This document shows positions 40,611 through 55,521 of a stretch of DNA of 64,000 bases, in pieces (position 1 is the first letter of the stretch; every line of letters begins with the position of its first letter). This stretch comes from Lama glama. Lineage: Eukaryota. Where the stretch lies: assembly GCA_028534125.1 (NCBI GenBank), contig CM052817.1:87980001-88044000 (forward strand), in the 5' to 3' direction. The notes beneath the pieces were generated by a model, which was not told the origin of the DNA, searched no databases, and was given only the letters and a program-made list of their open reading frames with translations. Made by a program: the position numbers and the translations under genes.

Positions 40611-41296
40611 TGACTTTAATATTTAATGCCCATTGATTCGCACAAGAAAAAATACACTAACTCCAATTGTTTGAATCCAAACAATAAGAAATAAACATGA
40701 TGCTATTAACAGATAAAGGGAAAGAACAGAAAATAAGAGAAAAAGGAAATATCTCAAGACAAAGAAGAAAGAGAAAGATATGGAAAAGGAATAATAAAGA
40801 GAAATAAGTGAGCAAGGGTAGAAATGGGGAAAAGGGTAACAAGGAAACAGAGGGAAGGAGGAAAGAGATAATGAAGGAAAAATGATTAGCTTAAATTTAA
40901 TAGGATTCTAAGATGATGGCAGGATTGTAAACTAAATGTTGTGTAGATGTTTATGGGACTAGAGATCAGAAAACAATTCAGCTCTGGAGCTGTAGATGTG
41001 AGAGTTACCCTCATAAAGGCAAAAGGCCATAAAGATAATGGGGAGAGACTATAAAGTTAAAAGAAAAAGGGGAAGAACAGAGAGAAGTGAAGGAGGGAGA
41101 AAGGGGAAAAGCAGCTAAGGACTGAAGGTAATCTAGACTTTCTAGTTTTAAGAAAGTGAAAAAGAAAAAAAAACATTGTAAGTTGAAGATGTAATTGATT
41201 TTTTTCTCTTTTAAATACTGTGAATGTCAGAGAAAATGAGGGATTTATGAGATGCATGGGATCTAAGGAAGTATAATTTAATTGACACTGTGGATT

Positions 41297-41929
41297 TGAT
41301 GCAAGGGAAACAGATGTGGAGCATGAGGAGGGCCGTGTCCCAGGCTTTGGTTGAGCTCCTGGGACATGCCCCGCCAAGTGTGGGTCCTTGGCTTCATGCA
41401 GGAAAGAATTCAAAAGCGAGCCACAGTTGAGTAAAGGTAGATTTATTCAGACAGATACATTGAAAGGCAAGAGAAAGGCCATGAGGTATGGGGGTTGGGT
41501 GCTCAGATTAAAAGTAGGTACACACTCCATAGACAGAGAGTGGGAAGTCTCCAAACAAGAAGAGAGAGAGAGAGGTAGCCACAGTGAGGCACCAGGTTGC
41601 TAGTTTTTATGGTCTCAGTGGCTGTATATGCTAATAAGTGTAAGGACCAGTCTAACTAGTCTGGGGAAGGGCTGGGATTCCCAGGAAGTTGGCCATTTTC
41701 CACTCTGACCTTTTGTGGCTAGACTTGGGACTGTCATGGGCCTGTGAGTATGTTATTCACCATGTTAATATATTACAATGGGCATATAATGAAGCTCAAG
41801 ATCTGCTAGAAGTCAAATCTCCAACCATCTGGAGCCTCAAGGCCTACTGGGGGTTGAATCTTTCACCATTTTGATGTTAATTGCTGTAGCATTCTTTGAA
41901 TGGCTGTGCCCTGCTCCCTTCCTGTCTCA
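41297..41929 (-). mobile_element. ERV1-class solo LTR (MER41-like, relatively young)
   Basis: TG...CA termini, exact 4-bp TSD 'gatt' (41293-41296/41930-41933), 'aggaaagaattcaaaagcgagcc', reverse polyA signal TTTATT ~41443, retained CpGs. Confidence 0.88.
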
Positions 41930-42934
41930 GATTCAGAAGTAAATTGTAAGGAATTATGATCAAAATGGGAAAAATAATGTGTCACCATCTTCTAAGAAGT
42001 TAAACAATTAAAGAACAAGTTTGAATAAAAATTTAACTTGAGGTGTGCATGAATTTAAAAAAGAAATAGGGTCAAGAATGAGAACAGGACATTTTGAGGG
42101 GTCAAAAATAGTGGAAATGGTAGAAAATGAGACAATGAATCTATGAAGGATAGCTGGTGGGTAGATGACTGCTAATATATATATACTCTGGAATGAGATA
42201 GGAAGGAATAAAGGGAAAACAGAGAGAAATCACAGTTGAAGATGCACAAAAGGTGCATCTAGATCCAGAGTTGAAATATAAAGAGAAATCACAGTGGTTT
42301 TTTTTGCTCTGAGAGGCTCATCCACGATCAGAAGAGGTTAAGAGATTTTTCCTAGGATATCGCATTATGTTAAAAAAAATGAGGTTATGAATTACCAAGG
42401 GAAAGCATTTTTGGTTTTTCTGTATCAAGTTTTAAGAAAACTTCTTTACTAATTTTTCTGTCTGGTAGAAAGTACCAATAGTTTATTCATCTTGTAAAGA
42501 GGTGAGAAAACATAGGATTTTAAAAGAATCCTCAACATTGAGACAAGTTTCCATAATTTTAATAGTGTAAAAAAAGTTATACTTAGATCATTAACTACTT
42601 CAATCTAAAAGAGATCTAAATGTCAAGCAAAGTAAATTCTATTAAAGAGGTAACTAAATCTCTGTGAATCTGTCCTAACACGTTTTAGGAAGATATAATC
42701 AACAAAGTGCACTTGCATGTTTTCCCAGGAGAAAAACAGGATGTTTAGAAATAAAGTATCTAAATTTCTCATGACTGTCCAGTATGACTGAAAATTCATC
42801 TGGCTAGCTCAACCATAAAGCAAAAATTTAAAAATCTACTTAAATTGTTCATTCTCTTTTTTATCTTATGCCATTTCAGAGAAGAAAGATACAATGTTTT
42901 AAAAGATATTATATTCCTTCTGCTGGAAGCAATT

Positions 42935-43028
42935 CTTTTTTTTTTTTTATTGAAGTATAGTCAGTTACAATGTCAATTTCTGGTGCACAGCACAATGTCC
43001 CAGTCATGCATATACATACATATATTCT
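42935..43028 (-). mobile_element. Short L1 3' end (young, lineage-type)
   Basis: Poly-T then 'attgaagtatagtcagttacaatgtc...cagcacaatgtcccagtcatgcatatac'; same family as 59076-60207. Confidence 0.85.
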
Positions 43029-45983
43029 TGATGATTATACCACTTATTTGTACTATAAAAATGTTCATATTTTCCAAAAGAAAATCATAAGCTTGTACCC
43101 TCTGCAGTAGTCAATTCTAGAGTACATATATACTTGACAGCTATTTTATTGTATTTATAAATTAGAGAAGAGAAAGCATAGTTAAAAATGTGCATCATAT
43201 AAATATTTCAATTTTTAAATTAGTCACTGAATAGCTTTGTATCCAAGATAGGAGAAGATGCTTAACAAGGAGGAAATAAATATTAATAAAGTAACTAACT
43301 CTTTGCTTACTGGTTCAAATCTGAATTGCAATCACTTCGCAAGTATAAATTATTTGGCTAAACTATTGAAACTTAGGATTGGCTTAATTCTTTACATTTT
43401 TTTCAACTAAAAGCAGGTAAATAATAATAAAAAAAACCCTTCAGTTGCCACAAAGACATACAATTTTACAAGTAATGGCTTCATGGCTAAAATTTGATAT
43501 CATTTTATAGGGCAAAATATTTGGATATTTTTGCTATGACTTGAAAGAAGTGTAATATTTCATTAGTCTTTATAGCTATTCTCCAGAATTGGGATAACAT
43601 ATTTCAGTATAAAACATGCATTCTACTCAGCCACTCAAGAAATTAAATACACATGAACGAACACACTTAGACACACAGTACTATATTGTTTTGCTCTAAA
43701 GCCTATGGAAATTACGTGGAGTTTTAGGGCTGTTTTCACTTAGTGCAGGTAACTATGCAACACTTCCTTCTACCATATTCATTTTGCACATGGGTTCCCT
43801 AGTGCAAGGAAAAAAGACCAGAGCTTAAATTACCACATAGACATGAAGGAAGATGAGGAGACTACATACAAAGGAATCCTAATGGAGCCAAAGAGAAGTG
43901 TTGAGACACATCCCAACAGAGAGATTATGTTCCTTCCAGTGATGACCAATCAAAATATGATTTACTAAGCACATGCATATCATCCTGCCTCCAACATTGA
44001 GGTGAAATAAAGGTGTTTAGGGGTATAACAACATAACTTTGTATACCATGACATACTACTAAGTCTAAATCCCTGTAATCTAGTGAGTTAGCATTATTTT
44101 TCTATGCTAATTACTTCACTGTGGTAAATTACCTCAGTGAGGTTAAAAAGTATTTTATAAAATACAATAATTTTTATTCCAATATTGATTGAATGGATTG
44201 TATGTATATTGAATGATTTCTGGCCAAGTTATTAAAAACCATGTGATATATTTTGTATTGCTGTAAATATTTCTTTATTTTCTCATTCATGATACATACC
44301 ATTGTTAATTTATTTATCAGAGTTAGCTGCTTACTCACATAATCAAGATTATAATTTTGTATCATGTAATTCTAATTTGAATCCCTTATTTAAATTAGAA
44401 TTAGGATATTCTTCACTTTGTTTATCTATTCTCTTCTTGACAAATACAACCGACAACTAATGGAGCAAAAGACAAAGTATATGAGAAACATACACTATGT
44501 CAGAGGTCTCTTACTGTGCAAAATATATTCAAACACCAATGCAGTTTAATTTTGAAGGAGCCTTCTTCCATCCTTAGCAATGGATATTATTAAATTAAAA
44601 ATATTCAAATTATCTTCAACTTTAAAAAATATATGAAGAATTTTCTCAATGCAAAAATAAACACGGACAATCAAGGTAAATCCAAAGACACAATTTGTTC
44701 ACTAAAAGTTGAGAGAGAAATATTATAAAGGATTTTACTAAGTCAATGCCTAAAAATCATATTTTCCAGGTCTATATTTCAAGGACATCTTCCTGAAAGT
44801 TGGTATTTATTATCTTTCTTTCTTTCTTTTTCACTCTATAGTATTTCTTTATTTAGTTAATTGATTTGAAAATCTTAATTTAACAAAATGATGAAGATTT
44901 TCTGACACAACTGTTTATAATGTATTTTACTTTTCTGACTTGTGACCTCTGATCTTTGAGAATTGGTTAATCCTAATTAACTCAATGGGCAATATCCCTT
45001 GTGGATGAACTCAGACTGTAATTTATTTCATGTTCAGAAAAGGGACATAAAGCCATTAATTTATGTGACATGTAGGCTAAACATTTTGCTATTTTCCAGC
45101 TCACTAAATCTCAGACCTGCATTTCTCAAACTAATATTTTATACCAAAAAAAGAAAAAAAAGCAGATGTTAGTCACAGATTCCTCACTATTGACCATTTT
45201 ATATTATCTAACATTATAAAAATGTCTCTAAAGATATCAAAATATTTTTTATTTTAGCATTTACTGATCTTTAGTTGGTCTTTATTCCTGGTTTAGAACT
45301 GGCGGTACATTGTACTGTGTGACTAAGTGTGTGCCCATTGATGAGCAAGATATTAGGGGAATCACAGAGAAACTGGCACTAGTATTTGTTCAATAATATT
45401 TTTTTGAACAAGTAACATACCAAGTAGCTTGGGTAAAGGAAGAGTACATCATGTTGTATAGTGAATTCTGGGCATGAGTCTTCTTATAGGAAGGTGTGGA
45501 GATGTAGTTGAAGAATAGGTTAAGGACAAGTAGTAAGTAGTCTTTAATCACTAACTGATTATTATCCAAAAGAACTGAAAGGTTGTATGTAAAGTGTTGC
45601 GTTTTCAAATCTCTCTGAGTTACTAGGACCAGGGGAAAAAGTAGGATATTGTTGATAATAATAGGATATTACATAATTTAGCGCTATTTATCTCATGAGG
45701 GTTTGTGCAACATCCACAAAGATCTTTCCAACTATGCAGTTAAATATAAGTTCATATGGAGTTTAACAAACTAATTATAGTTGAAAAAACAGATGTGTGA
45801 GCTATTTCCAAGGTAGTACTTGCAACAATCTAAGCAGGAGATTTTTCAAGAGATAACAATAAGAGCGAAAAAGAAGAAGAAATAGGGACAAATTGATAAA
45901 AGTATTAAAGAAAAAAACATAAGAAAACAGAACCAATGAAATTTAGAAACGTATAGATGTACAAGAGAAAATCTGTTAGTAGC

Positions 45984-46430
45984 TGTATTAATTTTATGTG
46001 TCAGCTTTGCTAGACTAGGGTGGTCTACAAGTTGCTATAAGGTATTTTTAATGATTAAGATTTGTAATCAGTAGACTTTAAATAAAGCAGATAACCCTCC
46101 ATAATATAGGTATGCCTCATTCAATCAGTTGAAAGTCTTAAGAGTAAAGAATAAATTTTCTTAGACGTCAGGAGAAGAAATTCTTCCTCAATACTGCAAC
46201 ATAGAAACCTCTGAGTTTCCAACCTGGCTGACCTGCCCTCTGGATCTCACACTCAAGATTGTAACATCAACTCTTACCTGAATTTCTAGCCTGCCAGCTC
46301 ACACTACATATTTCAGGTTTGTCTGCCTCCACAGTCATGTGAACCACTAATTTAAAGTAAATCTCTCTCTTAAGACAGATAAACAGATCTTTATCTATTT
46401 GTATTTCTCTGGAGAATCCTGATTAGTACT
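45984..46430 (+). mobile_element. MLT2-type ERVL solo LTR
   Basis: 'ttaattttatgtgtcagctt', 'aataaagcagataaccctccataat', 'caatcagttgaa', ends 'tttctctggagaatcctgattagtac'. Confidence 0.88.
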
Positions 46431-46901
46431 GTGGGTAATGATGCAGTTTCAAGGGGAAATTTATGGCCAGAGCATGACATGTTCTAGATGACCAAAAGCT
46501 AAAAATGGATTAAAAAATAAATTGTATTTTCAAATCAAGGTCAATAATGACATTTAATAGAGCATTTTGCTGAAAATATAGGTGATAGAAATTATATTAA
46601 AGTCTACTGAGAATTAGCAAGATATGAGAGAGGGAATTCAAAACATATAGAAAGCTCTTAGAAGAAATTTAGCAATTAGATAAATGATAGAGATGTAAGA
46701 GAAAATCAAAAAGAAGAGGACATTTATTTGTTTTGCTTTATTTTGAAAAATACTTGGAACACAGGGAGAGAAACCAATAAAGGAGAGGAGATGAAGGGCC
46801 TAAAATGAGAAGAAACAATAAAAAGATTCATGAAGAATTTAGAAAAAGGGAAGAGGGAATTAGATAATGAGGACAGGTAGAATACAAACATATGTAGACA
46901 T

Positions 46902-47287
46902 TATTAAAAGGTAAGCTGAGGCATATTAAAAATTTTAAGAATTTATTTGTGTGAAAATTGGTATCAGTTGGGGAGCACCCAATCTAGCAGATAGGAAGGA
47001 GCTCCCAGAAGCTGTACAGAATGAGAAACCTATAAGCAGGGGAGACTGGAAACAGGGAAGTTATACTGGCAAAAATATAGGCTGATTATTAAAAGATTAC
47101 TTTCCTTTCAGGGATGACTGGAGTCTACCAGGCAGATTGCCTAACTAGTGCTGGTCAGGGAATTCCTAATTGACTGGCTTAAAATTCCATTTCTAGGAAA
47201 GCCCAGACTATAATTAAGTTAAATTTTGGTTTGATGGGAGTTTAGAATAAGTGACTCCATTTTGGGCCTGTTGTCTTTTTTTTTCAA
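46902..47287 (-). mobile_element. ERV1-like solo LTR
   Basis: 'aagctgaggcatattaaaaattttaagaatttattt' and 'aagtgactccattttgggcctgttgtctttt' are typical reverse LTR ends. Confidence 0.7.
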
Positions 47288-48100
47288 ATCAATATATATA
47301 GTTTTTATTGTACACTAATAATTTAATTTTAAGTTTTCCTGTTATTCTATCTGTGTAGAAGATGGACTGGAAAGATAGATTGATAAATATTCAGAATACT
47401 TAGTTTTCTTTGGTTTATTTTAATTTTCTAAATTGTGCTTAATTGATATTTTCTAAATGTGTCTACAAGGTTAAAACTTACAAATAAATAATAAATTATT
47501 ACTTGGGAACAAATAAGAGGAAATTTAGGAGAATACAGTGGCATTAAAAAAGGAAAAAGTATTTAATAGAGTTAATTAAACTTTTATGAAGAATAAAAAA
47601 TAATTAAAGAAGACACATAAGATGTGTGGATAGGAAAATGAGTTTGGATGTAGGTGCATTTGTAGAGCTGTAGGGAATTCTATTTTGATGGTTTTCCTTT
47701 TTTCTGCACAGTATGGAAAAAGTAAAACTTGTAGAGAAATGGGCATAAGATGAGAGTTACTATTTAGTTGGCTTGCTTGAACAGTGGAGAATTACCACAT
47801 GGCAGTGAATGATGAGAAATACAGGACAAAAGTTAGAAAATTTCAGATTCTAAGAAACAGTTTTTATAAAGGAAGCCCTCCTGAACTGTGATATTTGACA
47901 TGATCTCTTCATGTAGGGGAAGATTTAGATAAACAGAGACAAGCTTCTCCAAGAGAAACATTATAAGGCCAAAAGTGACATGACCCAAAGTAGAGAAGTT
48001 ACAAGGAATGTTAGGTGGATCATGAAACAATTTGGCTGAAGTAGCAGCACAAAATTGGATGAGACCTTTTTGTAATCAGGATTAGCTGCCTGTATTTTTC

Positions 48101-48600
48101 NNNNNNNNNNNNNNNNNNNNNNNNNNNNNNNNNNNNNNNNNNNNNNNNNNNNNNNNNNNNNNNNNNNNNNNNNNNNNNNNNNNNNNNNNNNNNNNNNNNN
48201 NNNNNNNNNNNNNNNNNNNNNNNNNNNNNNNNNNNNNNNNNNNNNNNNNNNNNNNNNNNNNNNNNNNNNNNNNNNNNNNNNNNNNNNNNNNNNNNNNNNN
48301 NNNNNNNNNNNNNNNNNNNNNNNNNNNNNNNNNNNNNNNNNNNNNNNNNNNNNNNNNNNNNNNNNNNNNNNNNNNNNNNNNNNNNNNNNNNNNNNNNNNN
48401 NNNNNNNNNNNNNNNNNNNNNNNNNNNNNNNNNNNNNNNNNNNNNNNNNNNNNNNNNNNNNNNNNNNNNNNNNNNNNNNNNNNNNNNNNNNNNNNNNNNN
48501 NNNNNNNNNNNNNNNNNNNNNNNNNNNNNNNNNNNNNNNNNNNNNNNNNNNNNNNNNNNNNNNNNNNNNNNNNNNNNNNNNNNNNNNNNNNNNNNNNNNN
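48101..48600. other. Assembly gap (500 N)
   Basis: Run of N; round size suggests a placeholder length. Confidence 1.
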
Positions 48601-48877
48601 GATATTATCAGGAAAGCAAATCTCATGTAACACATAACAGGAATGTAAAAAGTTAAAAATTATAATTCTTAATCAGGTTATCCCTGTTTGAAAGTGATAT
48701 ATATTAATGACAACTGAAAGATCATAACAATTGTGGACACTTTCTGGATTTCTTCCAACCAGAAACACTTCTCTGGATAGCCATGTTATGATGTGAGTGT
48801 ACAAATACAGATTTATTATTTCATTAAGATTTCCATATGTGTTTGTTAGCAATCTTAGGAGCTTCCTTTGTAATATC

Positions 48878-49267
48878 TGAAATTGGCCCCTGTACATGGA
48901 GAGTGAGGAGAGACACAAGAAAGAGGCAGACCACTCTTGATTGCTGGTAGCAGGTTGAATAAGCAAGGAGACTTACTAGGCTTCTGTTGGGCGACCACAA
49001 GACCAGTGGATCTCTGCAGCCATGTGCCAGAATCTTTAAAGTTTATATAGAAGCTTTAATTGAGTTCAGTGATGTACACAGTCCAAATGGTGTCAACAAC
49101 AGCTTACTTTCTCAAAGCTGTGAACTTGGAACAGGTCACAGTGTGGGAATCGTAGACAGAGTGCAGATTCCAAGGATAGGGAGAGGATGAGGATTGACCC
49201 CTCCCATTGCCAGATCCACCTCAAGGGTCAACTAATGGTTATGTCCTCATGATTATCACCTCCAACA
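48878..49267 (-). mobile_element. ERV solo LTR (family unresolved)
   Basis: TG...CA termini with near-identical 5-bp TSD atatc/atatt; reverse TATA 'tttatata' ~49042; GC-richer than flanks. Confidence 0.72.
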
Positions 49268-52200
49268 ATATTTAAGAAGATACTGTGTTTTATTAATGCT
49301 TAACTCTCCCAGTGCCAATCCCTGAGTCTATATCATGTGCTTAACATGTTATTATAGTAAAATACTTTACAATAAATTATAGCTTTTTCATTGTTCTATA
49401 TCCAATAAATAACTTCTAAGTAATAAGATATTATTTATGCAAAGATGTTAAATTTAGTGATTGAGAATTAGAGCACATGCAATAATCTAACATTTATTTG
49501 ATGAACATAACAGCTGAAAGAGATCTGATTTTATTCAAATTTTTAAACATAGTTTCAAAAGTGATGATGAAGCAAAGTTTATCTTTGATATTACTATAAA
49601 ATAAATTCACTATGTACTTCATATATGAACTTTTCTATTTGTTTCAATATTAATTATACTATAGTCAATCAACGTTTCATATTCTACTTACAAGGACATT
49701 GCCATCTTAAGAACTGCTAAATGCTTTCGTATAGTTGAATAAGTGAGGCCTTGTTCCTAACATTTATTTCTTTTAAAGAGAAAGTGTTCTCTGCCTGTGG
49801 GAATAAACCAAATAAAAAACTATAAAAATTACAAATATTGAATAAGGTATGTGAACCATTTATGTTTACAGCCCAAATTTATCATTTTTGGAAATATTTT
49901 ATGAAATAAAAACATGAACAACACCCTGACATCAGACAGATGTGCTGTCTCTGTCTTATCCCAGGGAAAAATGCATGGAATAGAGGATTGAGGAGGAAAA
50001 AGAGAAAGCATTAATAATTCTTTGTGAAAGCAGTAAAATACTATTCTTTTGACAACATATTCAGTCCATGATTCAATTCTGGGACACATGATACACTGAT
50101 CAGAAATTATGTTATAATCAAATGTAAATGCATATTTTGGGTTTCTTTGATCAAATTACAATTGCTCAGAAAATGTTAAGGTCACTAGTAATTTAGAAAA
50201 ATCAAGTTAATTCAATACTAGTTTTAGAATTCTATATTCTGACAACAGGCAATTTTGGACTACAGGTAAAATTACAACATTACTCTAAAAAAATTATTCC
50301 AAGATTTTGCATCTGTTTTTGAAAACTGGAAGAAATTTTCTTGTAAATTTTATGTTTTCCAATGCTCATGATATGTGATAATACCAACATGTCACTTATT
50401 AGCAAGACAAAACTAATAGAAATTTATATTGTAAAGATATTTTGCCTCTGCTGTATGTATATGTGTCTAAAAATAATCTATCTGATGCGATGCCTTCTCC
50501 TGTGGAGTGTCATTCATGCAACACCAATTAATGCATAGTTTTGTTGAATTTCTAGGCTAAGTTCATTCACCTTTGTGCTGTAGTGACTACTACTAGCTCT
50601 TCATCTTACTATCCATTATATTTCGTGTACTTGGTGTATTAGTGTTTTTTTAATGTAGTTAAGTGTTGCTTATTATAAATTCCTGAGTAGTCAAAAGAAA
50701 AAAATCAGAGGTTTTGAAAAGTAATTTGCTTCTCACTTACAAAAACAGAATAATAAATTAACATAGAATGAGCTTACAAATGTAATTTGTCCACTAAAGC
50801 CTCTTTTCTAAAGTAAGAACACTTAAAGGAGAATAAAAAGTTACTATCACTAAAGTATCAGCATTGATCCCTTCATTTTCTTACCCTACTTTTCTCAATG
50901 TATCGTCTGTCTGTCTGCCTGCCTGCCACAAATTAATAGATTTGTGCCATTCTCTGAGGGATCTTACATTATGGCCTGCCTTTATTTAGAGACGTGTTGG
51001 GCTTCTACATTAGACCGGGCAAAGGCTCTTGTTTTTAATCACCTAGTGTCCAACATAGAATTAATGTAATACTGAGAGTAATTGAGAATCACTTCAAAAA
51101 GATAATTCAGTTGGTGGTGTTCATATTTTAGCAAGAATTTTAAAACAAGAGATCATATTTAACATCAGCCTGATGTATTCAGAAGTATCTGGGGTCAAAT
51201 AAATTGTCACTATGATATTTATAAAATTAACATGTAGTTTGAAAAAAATCTAGTAAGTGAAATAATCAGATTTCATGAAACAAACTCATGACAGATTCAA
51301 TATTCTAACTGTAGGTACATATCAGTATTCTGGAATGAAAATGTGAATCTGGTCAAGAAAATTAACTCCTGCTTTTTATTTTTTATTTTAATGCACTATT
51401 TGCATTTTTACCATGAGTATGCATTTATAGTAAATTGAACTAAGTTTTTTTTTTTAAGATTTGTAGATATAAGAATTTTGAGAATGGAAGGCTAACTAGA
51501 AATGCAGACATTCTATCCCTATATTTCATAAAACCATTTTTAAATAATCTTACACAGATACATGCTGTGTAATATTAATAAACAAGTTAAATGAAGGAAG
51601 AATCATAAATACATAAAATATTTTAAAAGGTAATAATAACAAGGTTTTCTACATCAAATACAATGAAGCATCTAGGGCAAGTGTGAGAACCTCAATTCTC
51701 AAAATTGAGTATCTCTAATAATACAGAAAAGTTTAAATAATAGTTAAAATATATTGTTGATTTTAAAGTAAAAGAATATTTTGTAATAGACAAGGATTGG
51801 GTTTGAATTAAAAATTACTAATACAGACTGAAAACTATAGTGATAAAAGAAAATCATTACAATTAAAATAAACTTATACTACAAAATATAAAGTAACTCA
51901 GATAGACATTAAGCTATCAATATATTACAGGATACAGAAAATTAAGTAACAAGATAAAATACTTCAATAGGGTCTAATTTATTAACATTCAACAAAGATC
52001 CAGAATGTAGATGATATACCTCTTGAAAGGAAGTACTAATGGAGAATTGATGAAAAAGGTAATACTAGAACTAAATTCCTCAGGGTAGAGAAAGTCCTGA
52101 GCTTTGCCATTGGACAAGTTCATCAAACCACATGCATTATTATTATTCAAAAGCCAACATCATGGCATGTTCATTTACTTTAAAAAATTCTGTGAAACTA

Positions 52201-53499
52201 AAAGAGTTTTAAATTAAAGTAATGTAGAATTAAAATTGATTTGCCAATTTTTCCTAACTAATAAAACCCCAGAGAAACGGAAAAAACATAAAATCCTCAT
52301 AGGTAAAGTTTATTTCCAATATCACAGACATACATCACAAGCTTTCTCAAAACTGTTTTAAAATATGTTTGAAATTAAATGGAAATTATTAAGTCCAAAT
52401 GTCTAGAGAAACTTTGATTTATTTGTTATAATACTTAAAACAGACTAGACAAACTAAACTATGAATGATGTAAGTGAATGAGAATTCTAATAAGTAATGC
52501 ACCAGTGATCAAAGGAAGAAAAGAGGACGATAATAAAGTAGACATTAGCTTTGCAAATCTGAAAAATTGAATTCTGGCATATATTAGATTTGGAATTCAG
52601 GATACTGTTTTCCTTTCTGGAATTTAAAACAAAACCAAAACTGACCAAATGCAAAGATACATTTAATTTAATATTTTATTTTACATCTTGTTATTAAATA
52701 TCACCTTTTATGCGTTAATGTAATTATATAAGCATAAATATAATATTTATTTTAAATTTATTTTCTTCACATTATACTTATAATTTCTCCATGATAAGAA
52801 ATTAAATAATTTTAATGTAAAACAAAGGCAATTAACACTAATGCAGCGAGTGTTATCTATTGTATCTTGACGATAAACACTCATTCACAACATGTTGCAA
52901 AAATAAGTAGCTAATTTGATGATTAGGGAACTGTTAGTGCTGTGATAACAATGGCAAACATTGGACTTTTTTTTCCAACTAATGTTTTGATTTTCAGTGA
53001 TTTATCACAAATTCCAAATCTTGAATATATGTTGATTGATTAAAAATAAATTAGTACCAATGTATAATTAGTAAAATATACCAGTGTGAAGTTCTGCTCT
53101 CTTTTAATAAATTAATTCATTTAATGCACACAAAAATCATTATAAAGTGGAGAGTATTAAACATTTTACGGATTAGGAATCCAAGACACAAAAAGTTAAG
53201 AAATTTTTCTAATATTAATCAGCTATAAAAATATAGGAACTAATATTTTAACCAGTCTATCTGCAACATCTTGGATATTTACTCCTATGTACATAAACTC
53301 CAAAGCTAGTGAAAGATTATTTAAAAACTTGAACAAGGATTTGGTATTATTGGTATTGAAATTTGTATGACAGTTTGGCAATCCCACCACTACCATCACC
53401 ACTATGAAAATCCAGTGAAATTGCTTGTATGTTATGAGGTGGTGTCCCATTCAGCAGAATTCATTATTAGAAAGTGGGTTTTTTAAAAAAAGTATACAT

Positions 53500-53557
53500 A
53501 CAGCTGTACACCTGAAACTAACATATTATAAATCAACTATACTTCAACTAAGAAAAA
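53500..53557 (+). mobile_element. Very short L1 3' end
   Basis: 'gctgtacacctgaaactaacatattataaatcaactatacttcaa' plus A tail. Confidence 0.8.
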
Positions 53558-55521
53558 CAGAAGAAATTCATACATACAAAAGAGCATGGTTGTTTATAAT
53601 AATGAAAAATCACAAATGGCCTGTTTCTTTCTTTAGAGATATGGCATATGTAATGTATACACTATTTTTATAACAAATGCGAAGATCTTTTGGTAACAGC
53701 AAACTTCTTACAAACCAACAAAAAGTAAAAAAGGTAAGATTCACAATCATTTGTAAACTACATTTTAACCATATATAACATTGATAGCTAGAGAAAAATA
53801 CATTTAGAAATATGTCATACCACAGACATTTTAGAGTAGTATAAACATGAATGATTATTTAATCCCTTCTATGATTCTTTTTCTAGCAGGTAATTTTACC
53901 TTTAATAGGACATTATTGAGTGTAAATGAGCCTTTTTTCTGCAAGATTATTTAACAATATTTTTTCATTCTTTGACCTTCAATTCCACTTCTAGGAATTA
54001 ATCCCAGGGTGATCAAAGACTTACAACATGTATGTTCACAACAGAATTATTTGTGGCACTAAAACATTGGCAACAAAGCATCCAAAATAGTTATAAATCC
54101 TAGGTCATCCATATGATAGAAACAACTAGTCATGAATATACAGTGTAAAAATATTTAATAACATCCTTGATAAGAAATACTGTAATTATTTTGAGTGCTT
54201 ATGTCTGTGAGCTGAATTTATGAATAATATTTAAAGATCTTGTCAATTTTCAGTAATCAACATACATAGTATTATTTTCATGTTTTCAAGAAGCAAATAC
54301 ATGTTTGCATCTCAGGAATCATATTGGGAGTGTTCATTTTAATGTTAAATAATATGGTTTTAGTGTTTTATTCATTTTTTTCTTGATATGAAAACAAGAA
54401 AATATTTTTTTATTTAATGGCAAGATATAAAATATGCTATCTAATTAAATCATTTTCTTTGCATTTGTTTAAGCTATCCTCATTTTTATTTAAATTCCAT
54501 CAAGGGAAACAGCAGCCCAAATATTTATTACATTTGATATATAGGGCTTCATTTATTTAAGCCATTTCCTAACTTTTCCTTTACTTAAAAAATATGAGTA
54601 GTAATTACAACTTTCTAGGGTGGCCCTTCTAACAGAAAGTTGACTTATATTTGTTAAATATAAACCCATTATTAGCTCTGCAACCTTTACTGTGTTGACT
54701 ATGGGCAAACAAAACAAGTTAATCTCAAGCACCTTCAATTCTTCTTTAAGTGGTACCTTAGATGACTTTTTAATAAATTATGCTTTAATTAGGACTTCCT
54801 TAATTATAGTTTGTCAAATTTTCATGTACAGAAAATTGGTACTGAAAAATGTATATAAATATAAAATAAGTATATAGCTCCATTTATTCTAAATTTGTTT
54901 GCATTTGAATCAGCAAGCTGTAGACTAGGAATACTCTACTAATTTCAAGGAATTATGTCTAGAATTTGTTAAATTTAAATTCCTTTGATTTTTTTGAGGG
55001 ACACTTTAATTATATTCTTTTTATGTTGTAATTTTATCATAATATTATCTATGGACACTATTCAAAAATTAGCTTGCTATTCTATCTTTAAAAATGTCTT
55101 TTTTGTAAGTCGAAATAAATAACATTTCTATTACAATGTTTATATAGGTCCAAGTGATTGGGAGCTTTTACTATTCAAGGTTCTTTTCTATAAATAGCTT
55201 TATGAAGTAATATTACCTTATCATTTGACTAGCTCTATAGCATCCTTTTCAAGGAGGCTGTCCTTGAAATCCAATGCATTTAAGTAGATTAATTAAGGTC
55301 ACACTTATAATGAGATAGAATAGAATCTTGACTCAAACTCAAGTAACTTAATATCAGACTATGAAGTGGCTTCCTACAGAACACATTAATATTTAGGAAA
55401 GGAAAAGTTGAATGGGCTAACAATTGTACCACACATATATAAAGGGATGTCTACACATTCAGATAGAGATACTATTAGAGCTTTAGCTTTGTGACTTTAG
55501 CTTAAAAATTCTTTAGGTCAT

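Noticed and set aside
47961..48635. Longest ORFs in the track (224 and 183 aa)
   Set aside because: Artefacts of translating through the N gap
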